NCBI GenBank assembly: GCA_965202585.1
Contig: OZ241829.1
Coordinates: 33,914,001 to 33,978,000 of the forward strand
Direction of reading: 5' to 3'
DNA: 64,000 bases
From: Thalia democratica
Taxonomy: Eukaryota
The notes under the pieces are model-generated. The model was not told the DNA's origin. It saw only the letters and a program-made list of their open reading frames with translations, and did not search any database. Shown in pieces: positions 33,211 to 46,400 of this stretch. Positions within the stretch are counted from its first letter, which is position 1. Each line of letters opens with the position of its first letter. The position numbers were made by a program, and so were the translations under genes.

Positions 33211-33620
33211 GGATGATGTCGCACCAATATCAAACTGAAAATATATTATATTTGATGTCTTTTTAAACACATTTTTAAGCTAAAAATTTAATTTTTTTAA
33301 ATACATAAATAAAATTAAACTTATTTATCATAAAGTTATAAAACTTTAATATCTAATCACTTTTATTTGACAATATAAAGCAATTATATCAATACAATAT
33401 CTTATATCAATGATGATATTGTAAAATAAAGTCAATCAAATGTTTTAGTCTATCATTAATAAATTTATTTCTTACAATGTATTTATATGGCTTGGTTAAA
33501 ACAAAGTAACTTTTTAGATTAAGCATATTAGGCTTAAAACATTGATTTTAACCTATAATAATGGTTAAAAAGACATTGATTATAATATATTTTCAGTTTG
33601 ATATTGGTGTGACATCATCC
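33211..33620. mobile_element. MITE with about 40-bp TIRs, TA (or CTAG) target duplication
   Basis: GGATGATGTCGCACCAATATCAAACTGAAAATATATTATA versus its reverse complement at about 33580-33620 (1 mismatch); CTAG at both junctions. Confidence 0.85.
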
Positions 33621-33962
33621 TAGGTACTTACTAAATAATATTTACAACTAACTAAGCTTTATTAATATATGTATAAATAAAACTTATTAGTTGTTCAAAA
33701 ATATTGTAATTTTAATTATCATAAGATTTGATAAAGAACTGAAAATCTCTTATAGACTATAGGTGTGAAAAATTGTATTTTTTTTGGTAATCTGTTTTAT
33801 AAAATCCAAAACTACTGAAATGATAAATCACTAAAATGGGTTGCCTGGGCCAAGTTAAGCACTTTATGTAACATGTTTTGATAGACAATAACAAGATTGC
33901 ATATAAACAATGAAATAACAAGTTTTATGATTAAAATGGCTTTTTTTACGTAGTAGCTTTAC

Positions 33963-34405
33963 CCAATATTTTATTTCGGCCATCATCAACAAAGTTGAGA
34001 TGTTTTGCGTTATCAATAGTAAATAATGAACTTCAATACACGACCATCAACAACAGAATCCGAGACAACCTACGACCGGTTTGTCTCTATTGGTACTCAT
34101 CAGGCAGGCAAAACCGCGAGAACCTACTGTCAATATTTAACCAAGCGAACTTAAGTATGTATGCAATAAACTGAAGTGACCGCTTTTGTTTTAAGACTGT
34201 AAAATTGACGCGACCAATTCATTCACAGCCCAACGTTTAAGACATTGTCAGCTTACTTTAAAATTATATTCTACGCTCGTTTGACCAGTTTTAACTAGAA
34301 TTTATACGGCCATTATCAACAAAGTTGAGATGCTTTATGCCATCAGTAATAAATAATGAACTTAAACAAACGACCATCATTAACAGCATCTGAGACAACC
34401 TACGA
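33963..34405 (-). mobile_element. Retrozyme-like non-autonomous retroelement (about 1.3 copies of a 330-nt unit) with hammerhead motif and TSD
   Basis: Direct repeats 33977-34075 and 34307-34405 offset by exactly 330 nt; hammerhead at 34109-34068; flanked by TAGTAGCTTTAC (33951-33962) and TAGTAGTTTTAC (34406-34417). Confidence 0.8.
34068..34109 (-). ncRNA. Minimal type I hammerhead ribozyme, degenerate core
   Basis: Minus strand GCCUGC CUGAUGA GUACC AAUA GAGAC AAA C CG GUC GUAGGU: 6-bp stem I, palindromic stem III, GUC triplet; G12 missing and two stem II mismatches. Confidence 0.82.
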
Positions 34406-36616
34406 TAGTAGTTTTACTTTACTCTAATTTCTATCAATGATACTTTTAAAAACTATTTTAAATTTTTTATAAATAACTATAAACTCCCTAATTTAACATC
34501 AAAGTCACTAGTGTATTTCCTTGACAAGTTGTAAAACTGTATTTATGTTATTTTTTTTTTACAAGTAGTGTACGACTTGATAAACAAAAGACATTTTCGT
34601 ACACCAGGTCCTTAGACAATTTATTTCTTGATTTTTTAAGCGCTTTTCGTTTATCGTTTATTAACAATAATAATTTACATTTTTCCAGTTTAGAAATGGT
34701 CTATAAATGTTTGTTGTTCTAAAATAACAAATTTCTTTTCTTTAAAGTCCAGTTGCCAAAGTTTTTCAATTTGCACATGTATATTACAAGTTTCTTGAAC
34801 ATGCTTGACTTTTAGCTGATTTAAATATGGCAACTATGAGTCTAACTTTAAGTTTACTTTTACAATTTTTAAACAGTATTAGTTATGTTTAAAAACAAGT
34901 GAAACAATAAAACAAAAACTCAACTAAAAACTATTTATAAGAAGTTGTTGCGTGCTAAAAACAAAAAAAAATTAGAAGCTAAAATTTTATATTATGTAAT
35001 CTGAGTTTTTTAGATACTTTTTCATACTTCTACATAACTTTTACTCAAACTGCTTACCATTCAAATAACTTCTGTCCATTTAAACGTTTAGTTCTAATCC
35101 GAACGATTCTCAACTAAATCAATTCTTGATTCAAACTATTATTATCAAATTATAATTTCTTTAATTAGTATGTCAATATCGTAACTAAGTAAAACTTTAA
35201 ACTGTATTAATTAAATTTGTCCTATTTTGAATAGACTGAATTTGAAATGTATTAGTCCAAAATGAATAAATTTATTTAAGTTGTTGTATTTAAACCGTCT
35301 TAACTAAAAAAAAATAGTTATGAACCATTGAAAAATCACTGTCTCAGTCTTTTACAAAACACTAATTGAAAAGATCTTTCGTTTAGTAAATAAACATTAT
35401 CTATTCTTAACCTAATAGAATGACTAAGACAGTGGTTTTTTAAATAGTTCCTAACTATTTCTTATTTTTATTTAGTCAAATTTTCAAAAACTGTCCAGTT
35501 TTCAAAATCAAAAGAGAAGAATACCTTCATTCTAACATTTTAAGTCTTTATTTAAAGTGTCAAAATCGAAGAATCTAATTTTAAATTTTGATTTTTCTTG
35601 GTTTTGGAGTTAGTGATTAGAACATATCTCATTTGGTAGTTCCATTTTTATTTTTGTAATAAAGCAAATGAAATACTGTTTTAAAGTTTGCCTCGTGACA
35701 ACATTAAAAATTTTTTTGTGAAATATAATAAAAAATTGTTTAAACAGTTTAACATTATATAAGTACAAATTTTTTTTTTAATTACATATGTCAATTAGTC
35801 CGTAGGTATCGACAAAGAATCTATTAGAATGGGAATTGATCGGATAAGGAGAGAAAACGTCTCGTTTTTTAGTATTGAATTTTTAAAATTTTATATTTGA
35901 TTTTTAAAATTTTCTTGGATATTAAATTGATTTGTAAAGAAATAAAAACTCATTTGAAAGTTAATAAATATTTAAAAGCATATGAATGAACTAAATAAAA
36001 GCTAATTTTATTACTACAACTAAAAAAATAGTATTGAACTTAAATTAACTATTATACATGTGCAAAACATTCGACAAAAATCAACCATCACTGAATGTAG
36101 ATGAACTCACTGTTCCTTCAAATGCAGATGCTGTTTTGGGCCTATAGTGTTTAGAACCGAACATGCACCAGAAAGCAAGTTGGTAAAAATAAATGTATAA
36201 CAAATTATAGTAATGAGTTAAGTTTACAATCTATGCATTTAGTTTTGTCAATGTATAAAAAGTAGAAATATCTTTAAGACAGTGTTGCCAGATTGCAATT
36301 TGAAAATATACACTGAATAATCAACAAACGTTTGTTTGAGAACAAAACTTTCACAATCGAGTTACTTTTGTAAATAAATGTAATTCATTTCAAAAGGGTA
36401 TGGTTAAAGCTACTTTTTTAAGAGTTAAGCATTCGCGTTGTGTACGCATTAAATCTAAAAATTAGTGTGAAATCTAAAAGTTTTGAAAAAAAAACTGATT
36501 ATCTTACATAAAACAAATAATTTAGAAAATAAATTAGTATTAGCTAATATTCTTTTACTGATAGAGTATAAATGTTAAAACTTGTCTAAAATATGTAAGG
36601 TACGCATTATACACTA

Positions 36617-37376
36617 CATTAACCTTTCGCATCTTTACGCACTCGTGACGTTACGCACTCTCGTTTAGTTACGCATTTTAGAACTCTAAAAAATTCAAAA
36701 AATAAAAATTTTAATTTCAATTCTTCAAAATTCTTATGGTATGAAATTTCATTCCTACTCAAAATATCCATTAATATAATTTAATACAATGCAAGACAAG
36801 TTTATCCTTATGTGGGCAAAGGTCAAATTAGAAAAAGTTGAGTAACATAAACAATTTTTATTAAACATTTTTCTTATATTTTATATATTTTGATTCAAAG
36901 AAGAAATTCATTACAGCACCAAATGCATATTTTTGTAAAATACTATAGAAACAAATTTTAATATAGACAGCAAACCATTTCTTAATTGTAAACAAATGCT
37001 TATTTATAAATTGAATTCGCTGAGTACAATAGAATATAAATGTTAACTACCAAATAAGTCACATATAAATAAAGATAAAATCTACTTATTATTCAAATTA
37101 GTAAAATTTTTCTACATGTATTATTATTTTATCGAAACTTAAATTTTCTTTTTTTAATAGATGTAGAGTTTTATCTTTTGTTTTCTTATTTATAAATGAA
37201 GTAAACAAATTGATAAAAGTTGGAAAGTCCCCAGTCTGCTTAAAACTAGAAGCAATATCAAAAAAAACAGCCATTATAATAAGTATACTTGGTACCTCTC
37301 GTATCTTTACGATCTCTCGTGTCTTTACGAAATTTTTCTGAGGACACAATGTGCGTAAATAAGCGAGAGGTTACTG
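36617..37376. mobile_element. Tc1/mariner-pogo-like non-autonomous element
   Basis: TA|CATTAACCTTTCGCATCTTTACGCAC and GTGCGTAAATAAGCGAGAGGTTACTG|TA; subterminal TTACGCAC / CTCTCGT repeats. Confidence 0.72.
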
Positions 37377-38684
37377 TATTACCTTAGTTCAAGGTGTCTT
37401 GTAGAAATTCCTGTTCTACAAACTTTCAAACATTTTTTCATTAAAGCACAGTTTTTATGAGTAAACATATCAGTAAAAGTTAAAGCTTATCTAAATAGTA
37501 TTTTAGATTTTTTGTAATCAATAACACAGGTCTATCTTAAGTTGAATCTATAAATATATAAGCTATTGTAAAGCTTGACTAAGGAATAAGAGGAGATCTA
37601 ATAAGATTTTTTCGTATGTAAATTTTTAGTTTCTTTCTTCAAAGTTTAATCTATTTAAATTATGATATCACTCGATCATTTCAAACACACTAGAAAACGG
37701 CATTACGTTCAATCGTGTTAAGTAAGCATGTTTTATAAACTATTCTATGAAGTTAATAGTAAGATGTTGATATACTTAACCAGCAGAAAAAGCATCTAAG
37801 AATTTTACTTGCTTACATCTTTACTTGGTAAGATTTCAGTGTTTAAGTAGCAGTAAGATTTTAGGAGTCAAGGGTAAGGTCTCTTCACTTAAGTTTAATA
37901 TTAAGCAAGCAGTCATAAATCTGTACTTGTACTAAAAAAATTATAAATACTAATAGGAATTTAAGGGGTTGGTTCACTACAAAAATGAGTTATAATTTAT
38001 ACAACGCCTACAAAAAAAACAGTTTACTTGTAGCCATTGTTGCAAGATTTTAAAAGACTAAAACTCACACGCATTTACCCAAAATTTGTAAAAAATAACA
38101 ATTTTTCAATTCCTCAGTAAAATAAAGATTATTTTATTAGAAGACTAAGGTTTCTACGATTGCAGTAGCCTGCCTCATAACTTTTTATATAAAGTTAAAG
38201 ATCGAAAGTTAAAAGTGACGAGATCAAAATTATAGTTTAAATATAAAAAAATAGGTTTTTAAAGGATGTGAGTTTATACAGCTGCATAATTAAGAAGCAA
38301 AAACAAACAAAAACTATGTTTAGAAACTAAACAAAAGTGAAAGTATAAGATTATAAATTTTGTGTTTGTTACTTAAACAAGCGTAAGTATTCTAATTCCT
38401 GGTAGCCTTTTATTGTTAAAAAATATGAAAAAGATCCTGTCAAATTAGTTATACCTATAAAAGGACTTAAAAGTCTTCACTGCGTTTGATTTTTGTTGTT
38501 GATGATTGTGAGATTCAGTTTATTAGTGATGCTTGTGTAATGATCAAATTACTTTTAATATATACTACTTATTCAACAACAAACAAAAGCGTAAAAAAAT
38601 TTTGGTTCTAGGACCTTGTGCACGAAAAAACCTTTCGGTTATTGAGTCGCACACCTTAAAACGTCTTTTCCAGAGTGCATGAAG

Positions 38685-39025
38685 GGTAACTTTTCCACAA
38701 AGACACTTTTGCACGGGTAGAATTTTATTTAAAAATTTTCATATATTTTTACTACCACTTTTACCTTTAATTCTTACCCTTGGTCGGTAACTTTGTTTTC
38801 TTCTTATTATTTTATTTTTATTAAATTTTTTAATTATTTTTTTTTTTTAATAGGTTTTTTGCTCTTATTTCTATTTTTTTACTGTCACAGGTACCCCTAA
38901 CCTTAACCCTTGGTCGGTAATGTTTTATTATTACTTTCTTTTTAATATAACTTAATTTATTTTATTTTACTAAAAATGACCCATTGTGCAAGAGTGCCTT
39001 CGTGCATATTTGACTCATACCCAGT
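38685..39025. mobile_element. Second copy of the TTGCACG/CCCTAACC element
   Basis: GACACTTTTGCACGGGT, two ACCCTTGGTCGGTAA blocks, CCCTAACCTTAACCCT, terminal CGTGCA repeats. Confidence 0.7.
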
Positions 39026-40425
39026 TTGAAAATACTTTTTTAAATATAAAGCGTTGGAATATTGTTTAAAAATCGAAGCATTAATAAAAAAAACATTTTT
39101 TGTTTTAGTAGTAGACTCAGTTTTTAAATTGCAAATATTCTCTCAAAAAAAAACAATTTTAAGATTTAAAAGATAAATATAATCGTACAAAGTATTTAAT
39201 TTTATGTAACTTTTGTAAATTTGGGTTGCACAGTTGTGTGTTTAGTAGTTTATTTTACTATAAAATATTATTTATAAAAAATACTTTGCACATAAATTTA
39301 TTGGTAGTAAAATTAATTTCGAGAAACTTGAGTAAATTAATAAAAAAAAATCAAACTCTTTTTTTAAAGTTTTTGACTAAATTAACTATACAATTAAAAA
39401 GACAACTAAATCGTAAAATATTAAATTAAATAGTAAAAAGTATACACTAAAGTTTCTAGAGTGCACGTAATTTTTCTTTGATAACTTGCTATGCACAGCT
39501 TATAAAATTTTAAGAACTACTAATTTGATATAATTTGTTTCAATATGACATTTGTTGATACGGAGCAGGGTGTTCTCTTTTTTACTTAACAATTTTATTA
39601 GTGCATCTATTGAGCCTGTATATTTTGTACATTTACATTTTACATCGAATAAAAAACACAAAACTAAATTAATTCTGTTTTATTGATAATTTACGACATA
39701 CTACCAAAAATAAATAGCTGAAAATCGGTCTACATTAATTTTGAAATTGATGTTGTGCATTATTTAATACTTGTAAAAAGATGTTTAAATATTTTAAAAC
39801 CTTATTATACAACCGACACAATACATGCTTCTTGTTTTTTTCCTTAAACGCCATGCAAATAAAACCTTTTAAAACTGGGCTGTTTCGACCACGAGACCCC
39901 AGGAACAAGATGAAACCCATGCAGCTAAGCGGATGCAGATGAAGTATCTTCAGATAGTGAACGTGATCTGAAGGTGATCCATGCGTAAAAATTGCAACAA
40001 CGCCGCTTCTCGTCTGTACGAAGGATGAAGGATGGGATGAAGATTTAATCGAAGCAGCTCTGTCGTCTCGTCGAAAAATGATAGTGCAGCAAAACGCAAT
40101 TTAAAATTGCAACGTTGCAAGCGTTTAAAATAATCAGACGTTTCAGAAAAGAGTTTTCATGAAATATCAATCACCCTTTTATACATGTTCTATATACAAT
40201 TTTAATTTTAGAAATACACGGTTATGAAAATTTTTACAAAAATGTTAAAACATTCTATTAAAAAAACACTACTAATAAAATTTCAAGGTAGTATAGAATT
40301 TTAAGTTATAAGTAAACATTGGTTAAAGTAAATTTTCTTTTAGCGTTTTGATTTTGCGTCTTTTCTTTTCTTTTTTTTTTCTTTTTTTATGGTACAACGT
40401 TATAAAAAAAAGTACTAGTATAAAG

Positions 40426-43400
40426 CTAATAATTTTTCTGGAGACAAATCTTTTTTGGGTCTGGTTTGCTTGTAGAAAGATCAACAGGTGCTTCAGTATC
40501 TGTTTTAAATTAAAGAATAATATTAGTTATTTGAGTTCACAAAATAAAACAGCTTTTTAAACAATTACACTTTTTATTACAAAAACTTACATTTACGCTT
40601 TTGAGCTTTTCTTTTGAGGTTGTCTTGTGGACTGCAGTTGGGATACTTTGAGCTCATGTGTTGCGAGTAAGAGCCTGTTTGTGCGCATACATCTTTTACA
40701 AAATTTAAAATATGTCAAAGAAAAAGTGCAGTAAACATTTGAAATATCTGAAGTTATATTTCAATTAAAATATTAAACACCCTTATAAGATTTAGATAAG
40801 AGAGATTTATAAGAGAATAAAAAACTTGTGTTTAGTTTATATGTTCTGATTCAAAAAGTACAACATGTAATGATATTATGAAAGAAAATTATAAAGCAAA
40901 TATTGTATATTCAGCACGATAGTTTTTACACTATAGACAAATTATACAGTTAGACTTATAAAATAAGGCTAAAATTTTTAGATATTGTCATAAAATTCTA
41001 CTAAATACTAACAACTAAGCAAATACAAACCAGAGTGGGAAAATGACTTTCCGCATTTCCTGCATTGAAAGGGTTTTTCCCCAGTGTGAAGACGAATGTG
41101 CTCCGTGAGGTGGTGCTTGTGTTTGAACTTTTTGTCGCAATGCGGACACTCATGTCGCCGAATTCCTAAAAATTAAATAATTGACACACTTAATAATGTG
41201 TAAAGTTTTCTTTACTTATACTTAGAGTAAATAACGATTTATTTATCAAAAATGGTATTTAGATGTAATGGTACAGTATTGCTTGTCTGTAACAACGTCT
41301 GTTAAAGAAAAAAAAAAAATATTTTGTTTAGTATTTACCTTTATGATCGTCTATATGTCTTTTAAAAGAAGTCCAAGTTTTAATAGATTTTGAACAAAGC
41401 GAGCATTTAAACATGCCATTTTTGTCCTTGGGAATCGGAACGTTTGAATTACATTCAGTCATAGTTGACTTCAAGTTTTCAGAAAAGCCTGCAAAGAAAA
41501 TTATGTAAACAATTAACATTACAAGTTTAGGGGTAGCTTGAGAATAATGCAAATTACTAGCATAATTAGCAAGTCATTTACATATTTGCTGACTTAGCAA
41601 ATATGTAAATGATTTGTTACATGATGCTAATGATTTGCAAAATTATCAAGCTACCCCAAATTTAGTACCAAACTAAAAACTACCTGCTACGTTTGGAGAT
41701 ATTGCCGAGTTCACAAAAGAACCTTGACTACTAGCAGTGGACCCCAGAGGTGATACTGGAATAGGAGCCGCCTGATTTCGCTGCATGTTAAACGCAAATG
41801 GGTTCTGCAGAGGACTATTCATGTTGTGAAAAATACTTTGGGCTTTCAAAATTCGTGCACATTCGTTAGCGATTATCATCTAAAAAAATCTTGTTTAAAT
41901 AAAAATAAGTAGTGTATATTTTTGTTAAATAAGAATTTCAGAGCAAATACCAAAAAAAAATCGTACATTTCATTTTACAAAGATTTTAGAGTTATCGACG
42001 TTTTCAAATAAAACTTTTTAACAAACTGAAATATAGCAATAATAAACCTGATACCAAAAGTTATAACTTTCCAAAAAGCTGCTGCTTGGACCAGGAACAT
42101 TCAAATGAAGCCTGTTTGATTAATAATAAAAACAAGTTGTTTAAAAAAATCAAATCGGTAATTTCTATATAATTCGTAAGCTTTAATTTTATTCTTTAAC
42201 AGAGCTAAAATATTCAGGGTATACAATTCATTTTAAAACATTGTTTTATTTACGCTACCAAAGTTTATAAAGTATAGAAAATATTTTGTTGTCTTCATCT
42301 ATATGATTTTTTTTCAATCGGCCAAGTATAATAAGTAAAACTTAGCTTTACTATTGAAACATATATAATCAGCTTAAAATAAATGTGTTTATACTAAATG
42401 GTTTATAAACAGTTTAGAAGTTTATCTAGTTATACAAAGATTGTCTTTTTTTGGTAAAGTATAACTCAATTTATGATTTAAATAGATTAAAGCAAAGCAA
42501 AAGTAAGTGTTAATACACTACCTCACTTACATTTAAGAATAAATTCAAATCAGAAATGTTTAATAATTACAAAGTTTTAACTGTAAGGTTTTCTTTAAAA
42601 AATAACAAAAACTAGATATTTTTAGTTTTAGTTACTAACAAAACCGTTAAAAACTCAACTAAAAATCCAAACTTTTAATGTCTAAAACAAATTAATTGTC
42701 AATACAAATTGTCAATACAAAGAGCTAAAGTAAAACCTTTTAAATAAAATTTAATTATTTGAAGTTTATTTAAGTTATTTAGTTTGTGTATTTAATTTTG
42801 ATTTTAATAAAAACAATTAAAAAAGAACTTACATTTTTGTCTGGTTCTCTAAAATCTCTTTTGCACAAGAGGCAATGCTAAAATTTCTCAGAGTAGGGCT
42901 TATTGGGTTTGCTGGCTGAAACTTTTTAAGAAAACAGTTATGAAATTTTAAAAACGGCTTATAAAACATATATCAGCTAACCAACTTATGAAAAAAATAA
43001 AATAATTCCTTCGACACTTTTTGTTTAAGTTGTTTTTATAATTTTAATTTGTTATTTTGTTTTAAAAACAGTAGAAATTTACCTGGTTTGTCGTAGGTAA
43101 GTTAAACTGAAAATTGTTCATAAAAGGTAACTGCTGGTTCGCTGTATTGAACTGGGAAGTTTGAAAATGAACTGAATAATAAAAATTAAATTAAACGAAT
43201 AACCCTAAAGTTTTGTTGCAAAATAAAACAGGGTAAAAGTAACAATTTCTAATAAAACAAATGATTTTTTATTAAGTAACAAATAGTGATTAGTTTCAAA
43301 AATTTACATGGTTTTAAGAAAGGGTTTCGGTTGTTTTGCGAGTTTTGCTGCAAATTTGTGGGTGTGAACAACTGAAAGGCACTGTTTTGTGAATGACTTG

Positions 43401-46400
43401 GTGTTTGCTTCGGTAACTGAAAAAAGTTATTAAATTTAATAGAAGTTAAAATCTTTTGTTTGCACTCTTATTCAAATATTTTTTTAAGTTTAAAAACTAT
43501 GTAGTCACATTGTACTCTTATAAAACAGTTCAGTTTTTACAGTTTTAACCTTAAGCATCTTTTTTTTAACTTAGTATCAAAATTATATAGACTTGTTTCA
43601 TTGGGATTAATAATTTTAAACATATTAACTTAATAGGTATATCTCTGTCAAAAACCAAAAAATAAATGTATTCTAAAACGGTTTTCTATAGATATATAAT
43701 ATACACATTAGTTAGCTAGAACAATTTTAAAAAAGTTTAATGTATACTATTGTTTCTCAAATTTTTTTAAAGTTATACATAGTAAAATAAAATGTATGAG
43801 TACACGACACAACTTATTATGAACATTTTTTCGTAAGACTAACGAATTAAGATTTACTTGCTTTTATTTGTAAATAAAAATAAAAACGGATTATGAGCTA
43901 TCTGAAAGTAGCTTCAAAATAAATAAGATATTTTGTATATTTATAATTGAAATTTTTTTACCATTAATCCTAATTTCTGTATCAAGAGAAATATTTTGTT
44001 TTTACAGTGTGCACAAGTGTAAAAAAAAATACTGACTGATGTAAACAATCACAACATAAATATAGTAAAATAATGTTTTAAAAGGTTTTGTATAAAATCA
44101 TTTTAGTGAAAGCAAAAGTTAAAAAAAACTATAAAAGAAGTTCTTGAGAAAAATTTAAATGTGTTATTTTTTTTTGTTAGGCCGAGAATATAACTTTAAC
44201 TTACTTTATTTAGTAGGAGTTATACACTTAATAACTTAATAATACATATGTACAAAATATCAAACCTGTTGACCAAAAAGCGCTCCTAAGTTGTTTGATA
44301 AATTTTTGTTGGTACTATCGAGCTTTGACGAAAAATTTAAAGATCCAGATTGAGGGTTCAAGCTGTTGTTGTTACTGTTTTTGTTCAACTTGAACAAACC
44401 TTCGTGTTTCGCAGAAAAATCACCTTCTTTTGGTTCAATTTTTTTGCTACCATCTATAAATAGAGACGAAAACATTCCGTTCTTTTTAACACTATCATTT
44501 TTTCCAGTAAAATATACTTTGTTGTCCTGATTAGAAATTGATTTAAGTTTGTTTTATGAACTTTAATAGTTTTTATTATTTCTTTATACTTGGTAACACA
44601 TAAAAATAGTAACTTTTTCGTTTATATATGCGCTGAAAAGAAATTAATTTAATGTATACTTATAAAGAGATTATAGTTATTTTTTCACTATAACTTTTGT
44701 AACTCAATATTGTAATACTTGTTATAACTTTTTGTTTTTTGTAATTTCTATTAAACTATTAATCAAAATATGTTAAGGTAAAAACAAAGACTTATAAAAC
44801 ACTTTTAAACAACTAAATAAAAAAATTAACTATTTCATAAACTACAAACCGAGCTGTTGATATTTAAAAATGAATCTTTAAAATTACGTAATAAAAGTTT
44901 TAGATTAATTAATAATTTTCATAGGTATAACCTGAAATAAAACTTTCAAACCTATCTTAAAAAACATTCTGAGTGATTTTAATCAACTGTAAACGATTAA
45001 ATACAAAGATTAATACCTTATTTAAACTATCAAAGTTAATGGATCCGATAAACTTTGAAGGTTTATAACTTTCGGCCAACTTAAGTGCTTTTGTTTCTTG
45101 TTTTAATTCTTGATTTTTTTTGTTTTCATCACTGTTGCGAGAATTGTTAGCACCTGTTTATTTCATTAAATTTTATACACTTTAAAATTTTTTTAGTATT
45201 ACACAATACAAATTTTATCACCTTACTTTTTTTGAAAATTGACATTATTTCTAGAAAGAAATATGAACTAAATGTATCTTTGTTTCAAGTTTTAGCTGTT
45301 TTTCTATCAAAATTAAACTATTAAAAAAAAAATTTTAATAATAAATTTAAACAAAAACTCTTTAAAAACAGAAACAAAAATTTTTACTTTTATGTATCAA
45401 AAAAACCATGTAAATTTATGTAAAACAAATTTTTACATTAAAATATTTTACTTTTTTCTTGACTTTCCATTGACTTTTTTGAATTGTAGCTACACAATGA
45501 AAAAGACCTTCGTTGTAAACCAATTACTCTGAAAATGAAATAAAAATGTGTATTCAGTCTATCAGGAAGTGTTTATAGTTCTAATAACTTAATTTTGTGA
45601 GCTGTACAGCAAGTTACTTTTATATGCAGTTTAATGTAGCATATTACAAATGCTCATTAGTAGTAATGGAAATATTAATTATACCATTCATATTTATAAA
45701 CGTACTTCAATTAAATAACTTTTTGATTAATTATTTGTTTTTATATAAAGCCTAAAAGTTTACAAAATATTTTAAACGGCTATAAAAAGGTATTTTTAGT
45801 TTAATTATAAAACTCAATACCTTTAATTTAACCTATAAAAATATAAAATTTAAAAACAATTTTTTAAACTACTATTTTACTATAAAAGTTGTGTAAGTTT
45901 ATGGTTCTATAACAACGTTTAGAACATATCTCTGATAAAATTATTTGAATCATAAAACTTTTAACTAAAATTCGTTAATAAGGTTGGTTTTTATATATAA
46001 AAGTTTATGCAACAAAAAATTTCCGAGTTATAGAGCGTACAAGTTTTGAAACTATAGATAGACTGAAGAAAGTAAATTTCTAATTTTCTATTTTGATAGG
46101 TTAATCATACAATGTTAAAAAATGTATTTGCAGCACACAAGATAAAAAGCTTAGATAATTTAATCTGCTTGCAAGAAAGAATAGATTCTAATTGTTTTAA
46201 CCTAAAAAAATGATAAGTTATAACAATAGGTTAGAATATTTTTCAAAGTTTTTTGAAATAGTGTTATTTTTTTGATACTTTAACAGAACAAAACTTTAGA
46301 AAACTAACTAATATTTTTTTTAATTAGATTTATCATATCTCAAAAATCTTGCTTATATAAAAAAAAAGTATATATAAGAACGACGTTTCACTTTTTTTTA

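Noticed and set aside
33977-34405. The 100-bp repeats as tandem snoRNA or SL RNA genes
   Set aside because: No C/D pair, no two-hairpin H/ACA fold, and no donor plus Sm site; the hammerhead, 330-nt period and TSD explain them better.
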